From Raillietiella orientalis (taxonomy: Eukaryota), in assembly GCA_036172245.1 (NCBI GenBank), contig JAYWIR010000062.1:186001-250000 (forward strand): 64,000 nucleotides of DNA. The letters run 5' to 3'. Below are positions 13,101 to 24,683 of this stretch, piece by piece (the first letter of the stretch is position 1; every line of letters starts with the position of its first letter). Below the pieces are notes generated by a model. The model was not told the origin of the DNA. It ran no database searches and saw only the letters and a program-made list of their open reading frames with translations. A program made the position numbers and the translations under genes.

Positions 13101-15671
13101 TGAACAAAAAAGAAAACTCCTGCTGCTGCTTCTGTAACTGAAGGCAGCATTTCTTACTGCAGCAGCGAGATCTTTCGAAACGAAGAAACAGTACCTCTTG
13201 TTTGAGTTAGCTGCGAACTGGTCGTCCAGCCGCGCTGGTGAAGACGAACGCAACATGGGTTGACTCTTGCTTGTAACATGTAAAAGGTGCACCTTCGCAT
13301 CATATCATAGCGAGCGAAGGAAACCCGGCCCATAGCCTCCAAACTGTTACTCAAAGAGATGCACCCTTTTCTTCCTCCTGTCCTTCCAAGGCATAAACTT
13401 CATACGGAGAAAGGAAACTGAGATCGCGAACTTTTGTGTGTGTACGCTTCTTCACAAAGGGGTGCTTACACACGGTCCTGTCGATTGCTTATCTATAATA
13501 TTAGTAAGTGTTGCTAATTCGCCCTTCAGCATAGTGCAGGGGGGTGACTTGGCAAAAGTCCTGCTAAATTCGTTAGACAACGGTTCCCACTTGCTTCAGC
13601 TCTTTGCAGAGAGTGAGGGGTAAGAGGAATGGAGGATTCTTTCCCGACGTATGGCATTAAACTTCAAGTTCCCCTTCTACTTCATACCTACGTTTCCAAG
13701 AATCTATTGATGTCGTATCCTGTCCACGAAATACAGAACTGCTAGGTCACAATTTCGCCCTAGGCTTCAGAAGCAAGAAATCTGCGCATCCGATCAATAG
13801 CAATCTCCCAGTTTCCGCATCCATTCCCTTCAAACTACGGGAATCAAGTGCACGCACACCTTACACCTTACACGCGAGGTTTGAAATCTTCTCGTTGGGG
13901 AAACCGTGGAGCACTTCCAGTGACCGCGAAGCGGCCCCGAAACCGAATCGAAAACTGCTATACGTCGACGTGGCTCTCCTCGAAGAGCAGAAAAATGGGA
14001 AGCACAGCAGTTTCAAGTTTAGAGGCATCCGCTGGGAATTCGAAAGAATTTTCGCGGTCCTTACGGAATCAGCCGGGCCTGCATCGCCCTGCCGTATGTG
14101 AAAATCTTGCACAAACCTCCGCCTCAGGTTTCGGACGCTTCGAGGTGTGGCCTCACGGAACCCGGAAGCCTTGTGCAAGCACACACTGAAAATTCCTGAA
14201 GCGACGGAATGGAGGGACGTGGCTTCCCTGCGCGGGAACCGAAAGTGATGCACGCAGGATTATCTTGGAAGTGATACTTTCAAGGGAAGCAACGGAACTC
14301 GAGGTGTGCCCTGGAGCAGCGTCCAAGAAACGCAGGGCGCACAAGCTACGCTGCGGAGGCACCTGGAGGTCCTGTCGATGGAATGAAATCAACGGGGACG
14401 CCGTCGGTCGCTGAAGCACCGACTGGGAAGAAATGTGGAATGGGAGGATGGATCCGTTCCCGCAGACCGGGCGTCCACCTGGGTGGTTGCGGGGGCTGCC
14501 CTTGCTGAGCCGAAAAGCTCGACACTGCAGCGGTGGATAACAGAGACGGGATGTGGTCCACCCGATTGAGATTATGCGGGATTGCAACTGCAAAGCCCAC
14601 GCGGTGGTTTGCCTTTCCATTGCAATGGGTTGGGCAAAAGCGTGGGTCGGTTGCTCGGGTGGGTCACGCGCGCTGATTTACGGGTGGGTGGGTGACTGGA
14701 GGAGTGCACGGAAGCCGCCAATGTTGCAAAAACAACACTTGAAACGCAATCTCCGAAAACACGGGGTCGTATGCATGAAAGAAATCGTTGCACGGAACCC
14801 TATACCAACACATACATACATACATAATTTAAAAAAAAAAAAAAAAGAAACGATGTACACCGTGGGCAAGTTTCACATCAGAAATTTGCCTAACAGAAGT
14901 CAAACCAAAGGAGAATAAAAAGTCTCCAGCAAATTAAGGAATGAACAGTGTGGGTTCTCACATTTACACTCATTCTATGGGAAAGAAAAGAAACTGCTTA
15001 CTGAGATTTTCGACTGTCTGGATGAAGTTGTGACTGAGATTGAGAGCATCCAGATTTTTTAAAGCATCCAAATTTTCGATTTTTTGGATTAAATTGTGAT
15101 GTAAGTATAAACCTCTAAGCTCTTGCAAACACTGGAGATTTTCGATTCGGCTGAGACCATTTACTTCCAGCCATAAACACTTTAGGCCTGTATACTCCTC
15201 CAAGTTCTCAATTTTTGTGAAGCCTTGACAAAACAATGCCAACTTCACATGACCTCAAACTCTGGAAACATCTGTTTCGTATACCTTTATAATGCAGATA
15301 GAGAACATCGTTCAGATGCGGTGTCATGTACAAATCATGTTGTTTGCAGTGTGCTCTTAAGAAATTCTTTGTGATCCTAAAATATGTCTACGGATTAAAC
15401 ACTGAACAGCCAATTTTACTAATGAAGCTAAGCTTTGCTACTGGTGAGGTACTTGAAATACAACAGAATTTGTATGGAAGAGAAAAAAGAGCTTTTGCTG
15501 TGCACATGTAAGCATGCAATGAAACACATGGAACAGAAAAATTTGTATTTCTACGTGTTAATTGCAGAAACAATCAAAGGAAGCAATATCTGCATCAAAT
15601 TCTACAATTAACTGAAGTCATCACCTTGGTTTTTTCTCCATTTCATCTTTATTTGCAGGACTGACCATCAT
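1104..15671 (-). CDS. DNAAF1: Dynein axonemal assembly factor 1 (LRRC50/ODA7/TilB-related LRR protein). Exons 15671-15625, 15376-15285, 15223-15002, 9873-9731, 5623-5525, 3433-3369, 1715-1630, 1513-1104 (~387 aa).
   Basis: The spliced product reads [55 protein letters not shown]...[15 protein letters not shown]...[89 protein letters not shown], collinear with known DNAAF1 motifs. All seven introns are GT-AG with matching phases. The exact end of the last exon is uncertain. Confidence 0.93.
3012..3067. repeat. Perfect 20-bp inverted repeat with a 16-nt loop (hairpin) in DNAAF1 intron 6
   Basis: GGCATCCACTTCCCTCGTGC (3012-3031) and GCACGAGGGAAGTGGATGCC (3048-3067) are exact reverse complements. 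Confidence 0.95.
11700..14200 (-). mobile_element. Highly degenerate non-LTR retrotransposon (CR1/L2-like LINE ORF2 remnant) in DNAAF1 intron 3
   Basis: Fragmentary minus-strand translations fall in the expected ORF2 order: [16 protein letters not shown] (~13600-13550, cf. LKEL..EIA.PL..IF..S), HQRGW (cf. QHGF), SWQL (cf. W.M.FN), VVLSLYKAL (~12175-12152) and EYCV (~12035-12024). Many stops and frameshifts. GC is intermediate, unlike the flanks. Boundaries are approximate. Confidence 0.45.
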
Positions 15672-15841
15672 GAAAGCTTCTTTAATCGCCAATTTTGAAA
15701 CTACTACAAGTAAAAGGTATAAACTAAAAACATGATCAGATTTGGATACTTTGACTAGGGTCTGTGGGTATGTCATGCCCAAAGGCAAGCACATCATCAC
15801 TTGCCCCCCTGCAGAAGAGCAAGTTACGAAGTATAGATTTT

Positions 15842-15847
15842 TTTATT
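15842..15847 (-). terminator. Putative poly(A) signal AATAAA for Ssdp
   Basis: tttatt on + at 15842-15847, about 160 nt downstream of the Ssdp stop codon. Confidence 0.5.
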
Positions 15848-16006
15848 GGTCAGATTTCTAAACAGCAACTGTACAGCCATGACAATGGACGACAGCACCA
15901 ACACAAACACAAGTGTCATGCAAACAGTTTGGCCTGAGTTGTCAAATGGCTGCACCACAACACAATGTTCATTCACAAACTTGTACTCAACAGGAATGAA
16001 ATAACC

Positions 16007-19000
16007 TCATTGCATGCCAAAGAATTCACTTTGATGATCAGAGTCTTTTTCAAATCGTTTTGCTTCTTCCTGCATACTTTCCTTAATTTTGAGAATAGCA
16101 GCAGACTCTGTTTGATCCTAATTGGATATGGATAGCTTGCCACATATCCAAATATATACTTACACTCTCTCCAGATCCTGAGAATCCTCCTAAATTGTAA
16201 TCTATTCCATTACTGCTGTCTTCTCTAGGGGTACCAGGACCTCCATTGGCAGGAGAGTTTTTCATGCCCTCTAAACCTTCACCATTCATCACAGGTCCCA
16301 TTGGAGTTGAACCCATTGGTCCTAATGGACCATTTTCAGGACCTCCTCCCATTGCAAATTCCTATCAACAATTTCAGCACCAAATATTTAAATAGAAGGG
16401 AGCAAGGGGCAGTGAGAAACAGAGAGAGAGAGAGAGAGAGAGAAAAAAAATTACCCCAGTCATTCCAGAAACTGACTTTAACATAGGATACATCGTTTCA
16501 GAACCTGTATTCATATCTACAACGTAAGAACACATCAGTTCTTTTTAAAAGAGCAGTACCCTGTTGCTATTATTATAATAGCAACAGGGTACATGTGATC
16601 AGTTACCTTGTGGATTGGGCATGATGGGTGTTCCTGGTCCATGATGTGCTGAACCTGGGGGGCCCTTAAACAACAGATAGTTTAATTTAAGAAAGCTGCT
16701 GATCTTACTGCATAGTTTCCAGGAGATGGTGAAGAATAATTCAAAGGCGTTGAAGTGTTGGGTTGCCACTGAGGACGCGACTGCCCTCCAGTCACCACAG
16801 GTCCTGCCATGGACATAGGTGGCATTACTGGACCTGGTCCTGGACCCATAGTATTTGCAGGGGGTCCTCGCAAATGGGCATAGCTTCCAGGACCCAAAGG
16901 ACCGGCACCCATACCAGGACCTCGAGGAGGATTCATCCGAGGATTTAAAGGATTCAGAGATGCTGGTCCTGCAAACAGCTTTAATGAAAGACTACGTTTC
17001 TTTTACACTGTACATGCAGCAGCAGATATTCTACTGTGTTAGTTGCTCAAGCACACCACTACTGCTATTAATTAGAAACAGATTAGCCTACCTTGCCAGC
17101 CCATATAGTCCCCGTCACCTGCTATGCAACAAAGAGAGATCAGTTAGCTACAAGAAATTCAAAGCAGGTTTAGTGATTAAAATTACAAGAAGCACTGGAT
17201 TACTACAATCAAGACAGTGCCATGCACGAAGTACACAATCAGGCCTCCAGACAAGCTGCAGGGAAGTTAAGAGAATACACGTTTACCTTGCCTTGTAGGA
17301 TCCATACTACTGGGCATAAGTTGCTGACCTGGAGGCTAAAATCAGAAAAAAACTTAATTTCCCCACGTTCGCTGACACTGAGATTGCAATTAATAGCATG
17401 CAGCACTCAACATTTCATCTCAGAGCAATACAGATGCTGACCTTCACCCTTACCGCATTAAACTCATTGCTCATTTGTGGCATTCGAACCCCTGGTCGGG
17501 GACCAGTAGGGTACCTTGGAGACATGAAAGGCTAAAAGAGAAGAAAAAATTAAAAAAGTAAACAGAGAGATGACTGATGAATACTATTTAAGCTTGAGGT
17601 GAAGCTAACATAAAAATACAAATGTTACGCTTACTTGATTTTGCATCATGCCATGAGGAGGAGGTTGAGGATGGGGAGATGGCTGAGAAGACGGGTGAGC
17701 TGGAGGAGATGGACGCATCTGAAAATTCTATAAACATCTGTGTTAATTATTAAATCCATAGCACAAACCGGAAAAAATCCATGGGGCATAGGTCCCCCTG
17801 GAATGCCATCATTAGGCTGCATCTGTGCTAAAGGACTAGGTGCTGAACCTGTATTCTAAAGTAAAAATTTATGAAATAGAACACCAAATTTGACTACATG
17901 CTCACAAAGCACAAGTTACAGTCACAGAGAAAATGCACAAGCGCGTCACTTTCACATGAATCCGATTCAAAATCTGATAGTTATCTCATAGAATGAACAA
18001 ATTTTGATACTGCACTCAAATCCAGATGTTAACTCATTCCCCAAAGCACAGCTGTTTAACTGACATGGTAAAAGAAAGTAATCCACAAGAAGGAAAAGAA
18101 AAGAGAAAAAAATAAAAATAAATACATTTACTCTATTATTCATTTTCGTTCATGACTTCTGGATATATATATTTACTGCCGTGATTCTACCAACTGTAGA
18201 ATTCAAATAATCAGCGAATTACATGAACAGATATGTCTCAACCTTTTTTCAGATTCAAAAAGTGGGAGGATAATTTCGAAATGCAAATTATTCAACAAGC
18301 ATTCCTTTTATGTATTACAAAAGCATTCATAGATGAACCTTACATGTGCCATTCCATTAACTCCATATCCTGAATTGACAAAACCCTGAAAAAGCCAAGG
18401 TATGAATAACTCGAAATTTTGGTGAACAAAAACAAACATTAAATGAATCAGCATGCTAATACATATTATTTCTGGTATCATATAAAACTTAAATATCAAA
18501 AGACATAATCATGATATCACATTATTAACTAGAAAATTACTCTTTTAACTATGGAGCATTAAGGTATGATTGAAATTTCTGATCTTACATAATCATGGAA
18601 AGCTTTGGCTTCACTAGAGTGTTCACAGGAATCTCTTCTCTCTGGAGCAGCACAGTATAAATCCCAGAATACACTAGATGATGACATTATTTCATGATTA
18701 TGAACAGTAGTTCACGACAATTTCAATGAACCTAAGCCACAATATTATTTCCTAACTACATCCCCAAGTTACAAAACATGAACCAAATAAATTCACAAGT
18801 AATATTAAACATACACCACGAAATATCTTTTTTGCCACTTCAAGATGGCATTCTGCAATCAAATGAGTCAACACAAAGAAACAATAAATTTTTCAGGTGA
18901 GATAATCCCAGCAGGAAACAATATGTTGAAATCAAGCATTCATGGCTCAATCGGAATCGAATGCAAAAACTTAAAGTCAATATGCACATAGAATGTACAT

Positions 19001-20454
19001 AAATAGCATTTCATTTAAATAGCATGAAACAAAGTAGAGTACACCTTACAGATACATGATTTTAACTACAAATACAATTAACACTTCTTTTTGCAGAGTA
19101 CTGTATTGCACTTTGTGCCTTCCAAAATGATTGTGCATGTGGGCATACGTAAAGCTATGTATATATTTCAGAAAACAAAGCAGATTCATGGATTCAAATT
19201 TAAAATCTTTTTCATCTACCAACGAAATTTCTCCACTGTATTTTTAAAAATTGGAATTTACACAAATGAGAATAAACTGCTTAAGCATCTGGGCACGCAG
19301 CTTCCTACATTTCATTGAAAAAATTCCAAACACAAAATGCAAATAGAGCTTACCACCACCACGAATGCAAAAATCCGGGGGGCTCACCAAGAGTAATGTT
19401 CTTCTCCCATCTAATCTGATTTTCACAGAACACTTTGATTTTTACAGCATTTATGAAATACTCACTTCAGAAAGGAATGTTTGGGCTGCTTTCTGTGCAC
19501 CAACATGTAAAAGATATTCATACACATACAATGCTAATCTGAAAACAAATCCCTGAATGAAAACCACAAGAGCATGCTTTTGTTGTTTATTAACAATATG
19601 ATGAACAGATACATGCAAAACACACCTGAATGTTTCTTGCTAATGCAGTAAAACGTCGTCTTTGTGTAAATGCACCACAAAATCATTGTGATTGTTCAGA
19701 AAAAGCTCTCCTGATTCAAGACTATATGAAAGTAATGGCAAGGCATAAGCAAGGAATAGGGTATGCCTAAATCAGTAAGATGTAACGAATACACGAGGTC
19801 AAAAACTATAATTTTTACGCTAAACGCATAGACAAATACACATGCTGATGGAACCAGAAGCTCCCTGCTACAAATTGTTTCCTGTTTTCAAACACCAAAA
19901 CTACCAAGGACTACTTGAAACCGATTTGGCTAGCAAGCCAAAGAGGAAATAGGAGCTCTGGGACAGAAACGAGTTTTGCACATTACACATAATTGAAAAG
20001 CAGTATTTTGGAAGGAAGGCACTGGTTTACCCACAATGTGCAAAATCCTGGCAATATACCGCCGCAAACTAAAGGAAACTTTCATGTAGCAAGAGAAGAA
20101 AACAAAAACGATTTGGAAACCTTTTTGCATGACCTTTTTGTTATCATTCTAAATAAGTTTGCAAACGGGGAAAGTTCCCAAAACAACAATTGGGAAAGAA
20201 AAAAAACCGTGCTCTACATCTGTTTTTTTGTTGTTGTTGTTGTTTCTTTCTTTCTTTCTTTTTCTCTTTTTTTTTATTTTTTATTTTTTATTTTTGGAGA
20301 GGGGGGGAAGGGGGGGAGGATGCAAACAATAGCAGAAAACTGGCCACCATCCCTTCTACATTCGTGATAAACGTTTTGGATATCGGCTAAAGACTTACTT
20401 TTCTCGTGCCTGGGCATCGGATGGTACATTGGATCCTTTACCTTTAGCATACAT
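16007..20454 (-). CDS. Ssdp: Single-stranded DNA-binding protein SSDP (SSBP2/3/4 family, LisH/LUFS domain, LDB/Chip cofactor). Exons 20454-20399, 19538-19466, 19415-19354, 18673-18589, 18385-18344, 17855-17769, 17727-17635, 17531-17454, 17335-17287, 17121-17092, 16968-16709, 16664-16607, 16516-16455, 16361-16164, 16117-16007 (~447 aa).
   Basis: N-terminus [92 protein letters not shown], a Pro/Gly/Met-rich middle with PFMSPRY and [16 protein letters not shown], and an invertebrate-type C-terminus [25 protein letters not shown]. All splice phases are consistent. Confidence 0.95.
16421..16443. repeat. (AG)n microsatellite in an Ssdp intron
   Basis: Read directly from the sequence. Confidence 0.9.
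16556..16592. repeat. Perfect 17-bp inverted repeat with a 3-nt loop inside a 90-nt Ssdp intron
   Basis: GTACCCTGTTGCTATTA-TTA-TAATAGCAACAGGGTAC. Confidence 0.95.
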
Positions 20455-20807
20455 TTTATGAGAAAATATCAACCCATCACATCTTTATCAAAAAAACATT
20501 TCTTATGATTTCACAAGTAGTAATGCAAACACAATCAGTGCTTTCGTATTTTCGTAGCTGCTCTGCAAATAAGCATAATTAGTGGCATTACACAGATTAC
20601 AATTCATTCAACTGGCACAGTTCAAATTCTACACTTGCGTAAGATCAATCCCTCCTTATTGGCTGCTCGGGCAGATACACCATGGCCGTCCCGATGGCTC
20701 ATAGCGCTTCCCTGGAATTGTCGGCTCCATGAGTGGCTCAATAATCGGCACTTGCGAAGAAGCAGAACCGTCATCGTCATCCCATTGTTCCTGATTTTTC
20801 CCGGAAG

Positions 20808-20935
20808 GAACGGGGGGGGGGGGAAACGGAAAGGGGGGAGGGGAAAAAGAGAGAGAGAGAGAGAAGAAAGGGAAAAAAAAAAAAAAAAAAAAAAGGAAAA
20901 ACGGGAAAGGAGGAGGAGGAGGAGGAGGAGGAGGA
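20808..20935. repeat. Long polypurine tract (poly-G, (GA)n, poly-A, (GGA)n) upstream of the Ssdp ATG
   Basis: About 125 nt that are almost entirely A/G on the + strand. Confidence 0.9.
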
Positions 20936-22167
20936 CAACGTAGTGAGCTGGCGAGCACTTGCAACATCGGGTGGAGTACTGTAGACAAAGTGCTTCAGCA
21001 TCGCCAGGCTCATGCAAAGAAGTGTGTGTGTGTGTAGTTCGGGGGTTTTTGTAGCAAAGTGTCACTCCCATGCGGCACGTGCGCCCGGGTCGGAGGAGCC
21101 TCCTCGACGGAAAATTTCGGGATCGCAAGTACTCGGGAAAGGCAGAACTGCTGCTGCTGCAGCCTCTGCGACCGTCGGCGCTCCTGATCCGAGGAGGACG
21201 CACATCTGCAGATTACCGGCCAGCAGACAAATAAAGCCGAGTCGACGCGACCCTTCCCCTGGACCGCTCGGAGCAACTGGGAATCCCCGAAGAGCGGAAG
21301 GAAAGGCGCCAGCGTTCCCGAGAGGGGCGGCTCTCTCCTTGCAGACCACGCTGTCTGCTGAGAACCGGAGCAGCAGCAGCAGCAGCAGCAGCAGCGGGTA
21401 GCACCTTCCTCTGAGCATCCATCCGTCGGCTTTTCCGGGAAGGGTCCGTCCTCCTCCCTTTCCTTTCCCGTCCCACGTTGCCCTCCACTTCGAGGGAGCA
21501 GCCAGGTCGAGCACATGGCCACACTTTCCGGCTTGGACACGAAACGCCGAGCCTGCGCGTCAGCGTCCCTCGCAACACACGGAAGCCGTGCGTACACTTC
21601 CTACCATTTGGACGTTCGCACCGCAATACGCATGCGCTCCCTCAAGGCTGCCAGATAACGCGAAAGCCGAACGGCAAACTCCGGGCCGTGTCGGTTGAAC
21701 TCCGAGTGGGGGGGAGCCCTTCTTTTCCACTTTCGGACCACACGCTCCGAAAAAAAGAAAAAGACAGAAAAATGGCAAAGGAAACGCAATGTTATGAAAT
21801 AAAACGTACGTAATCCGTAATTCTAGCATATACTTCTTGATAAAGAAAGAAGAGCTCTCTCTTCTTTCCTTTTCTTTTTCTCTTCTCTTTGTTTTTTCTT
21901 CTTTTGCGATCTCGAAATCTGTATGGCTGCGGAACAGAAAGATCACCGAAGTTTCGAGGCTGCGGAAATTCCCTGCACCCGGGAAACAAGGATATTGAAA
22001 CGACGGTCGGGAAAACGAAATCACGTCCTGCAAGGAGGGCAGCAGAACACTCAATCTCTTCTAAAACAAGCCGATTCGTCTTCCATTCATCTGAGACAAC
22101 GAAAGTTGACCTCCGAGCGACCCAACTTGAGGATGTCGGAACAAAAGAACAACGAGAGACTCGGCGG

Positions 22168-22168
<1 letters not shown>

Positions 22169-22204
<36 letters not shown>
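22169..22204. repeat. (TG)18 microsatellite
   Basis: Read directly from the sequence. Confidence 0.95.
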
Positions 22205-22205
<1 letters not shown>

Positions 22206-23586
22206 TGGCTCCTGCGCCTGCCGGTCGACGCGGCGCTCATCTCCCATCCCATAGAATAGGAAAAAACATTTTCACATCAGCAATTAGGTTGGGCACGGCT
22301 TGAAACACAACAAAACCATACACACACACGTGAGCGGGATTTTTTTTTCGTTTTGTTTTGTTTTTGTGGGTGTGTTTTTGGCGCAACACAATATCTGCAT
22401 CCTATTTTTTGTATGAGCCATCTTCTAAGCAATCCTGGAGTGATACACAATGTAGCTGAGCTGGGCCGGGTTTCCAAGTGGAACACGAATCCATTCGTTG
22501 GTGCATGTGGGACGTGTTCTCTCTAGTGCGATACAGCAGAAACGTGTGCCAGGTAAACACTCCCTGCATTCAACATTTTCGCTGCCAGCACTTCAGACTG
22601 CACTCAGAAAGGCAACATTAACATTCACATCCGTACTGCTTACTATTCCTGCATGACTTACATTAATGCTCTTTAGTATGTAGTGGTGGCAAAATGACGC
22701 TGGCAACGTGGAAAGAATGCCTTCCAGCGTTCCGCTTTTCGCATCGTGAAGAGAAATCGTGTCGTTTTCCCAGGCATCCGACTGGTTCTTCTGGGATCTG
22801 AGTGGTAAGCGCCACATCTCCGCCGGACCCGCTTGTTAGGAGCGGAATTTCATTTCTACATGCTGACGCTATTGATTACTCTCGTATGTAATGTGGCAGT
22901 TCCCGTGTGTGTGTTTTTCAAAGACGGCAAGAGATGATCGTGAAATCTGCGGAGCATCCTGAACGAAGCTCAGCTCGCAGAGGCTTCTGCAGGCTGCGGT
23001 CGAGAAAACGTGAAACGGAACGAATGGGACGTGAAATGATTTTTTCTTTTTTTTTTTTTTGTTTGTTGTTGCTGCTGTTGCTGTTGCTGTCGTCGTCGTC
23101 GTTGTTTGAAATTCAGCGTGAAAACGATATGAGGAAATGCCCGTACGGGTGACAAATAAATAGGGAGCAGCAGCACTTCTCTGTATTTATAAACAGAATG
23201 CTTCGGATTATTACTACGCTGTCGATCCATCCGACAAACGACACGGAACTGCTGCTGCTTCTCAGAACATTACCTATATCTTGGGCCGCTCTGCTATTCA
23301 CAAAGCACACTTCTGTCTGAAAATAACACATTTCAAAATGCGATCAGATTCTCTTGTAACCTTCGAGATGTTTTTTTATCTCCCATGTGATCCATGCTCG
23401 CATCTTCGGGCGCCTCTGCGCGCGTGCGCCGCCCCTCCAAGGCAGCAGCTATCGATTCCGCGGTGCTGGGAAAGCACGCGAAAGCGGCAAGTGCGTACAC
23501 GAACCGACGTACGTACGGACGGACGTGCACGTGTACGTGTACGAGACTCGTTCGCTTGTTTTTCTGCTGCTGCTGCACGCGAGGAA

Positions 23587-23696
23587 GGAAGTGACGCAAC
23601 CGGCGCGACTCGGCCGCGGTGATTTCGAGAACCCGTCGCGTCTCCACATTCCGCGTGGAGCCGAGTAGCCCAAACTCCGGGCAGCAAGATGGCGGC
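23587..23696. promoter_or_regulatory. Candidate promoter module: ETS/CRE-like composite plus YY1/Pho motif at the AT-to-GC transition
   Basis: GGAAGTGACGCA at 23587-23598 and CAAGATGGCGGC at 23685-23696, about 3.2 kb upstream of the Ssdp ATG. Confidence 0.35.
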
Positions 23697-23870
23697 CACC
23701 TTGCAAGACGGCGCCGCGGGTTCCACAAGGCTAGCCGATCCACCCGAAAAAGCGGACGATGGGGAAAATTCGGGATAGGCGACCGTGTTGAATGTGTGAT
23801 CCGCACGACGGCCGCCGGCGGCAGGCGAACGGTTGCGCAGCAACCGTCGCTCGGTTTGACCGGCGATCAC

Positions 23871-23912
23871 GACGACGACGACGACGACGACGACGACCAC
23901 CACCACCACCAC
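23871..23912. repeat. Compound (GAC)n(CAC)n microsatellite
   Basis: Read directly from the sequence. Confidence 0.9.
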
Positions 23913-24648
23913 AACCACTGCCGGGCAGACCCGACAGTCTCCTGACACATCCGGTAGAGCATCGGGGGCGGAGGCGCTTCCCCGGATCGTCGTGGGTCCG
24001 GGCGCGCTGGGTCGGGCGGACCAGGGGGCACCGCCCGCCCGAGGTGGTGCCTGCCACGGGCTGAGGAAGGGCCCCCTCTCCGCGCACAGCCATCGAGGAA
24101 GGAGGGCAGAAGGAAAGAAGGTTTTCTGACGCCTGCCGCCACCCTGGCGAGGGCGGAAAGGGGGAAGTGCGCCCGCCCGCCTCCTGGAAGAAGGGTAGTC
24201 GTTGCGAGGGTGGTGGCGGTGGCGCTCTCCCTGCGAGGACGGGAAGTGCCAAGGCCGTGATCCACCGAGAAGAAACCTTCCGTCCGGGAACTGCTGCCGG
24301 TGGCGCCTCACCGCGATTGGCGCTCGAAGCTCGGGAATGCGGGGGAGCGCCCAAAGGTGCCTTCCCTCCGGCGAGGAAGCCCTTCCGCCGACGGTGGAGG
24401 GCACAGGTGGCGCCGCAGCTGACCTCCATGCCGCCTTCATCGAGGCGGGCGGCAGCATGGCTCTGGCCTTCCGATGATGCCACCTCCGCTCTAACCACAC
24501 CCAGGGAGCGTGTGAGCAGTACGCGTTCGCGACGGCGCGGTACTCCCCCGAATGTGTGTCGGGGGGAGGGGAGGAGTGCTGTCGTAGTCGGCAAGGGGTC
24601 CCGAACGAGTTCATGAGGGACGGGACGCCGCCGCACAACCCGCCCCAG

Positions 24649-24683
24649 CTTCTTCTTCTTCTTCTTCTTCTTCTTCTTCTTCT
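24649..24683. repeat. (CTT)n microsatellite
   Basis: Read directly from the sequence. Confidence 0.9.

Noticed and set aside
15736..15800. Minus-strand C box (GTGATGA) and D box (CTGA) 65 nt apart, suggesting a C/D snoRNA
   Set aside because: No terminal stem, no clear C' box and no rRNA complementarity that I recognise. A snoscan or Infernal search would settle it.
19104..19122. TATTGCACTT resembling the miR-92 family 5' end (also TATTGCAC at ~49882)
   Set aside because: The match is limited to the seed region and there is no convincing precursor hairpin.
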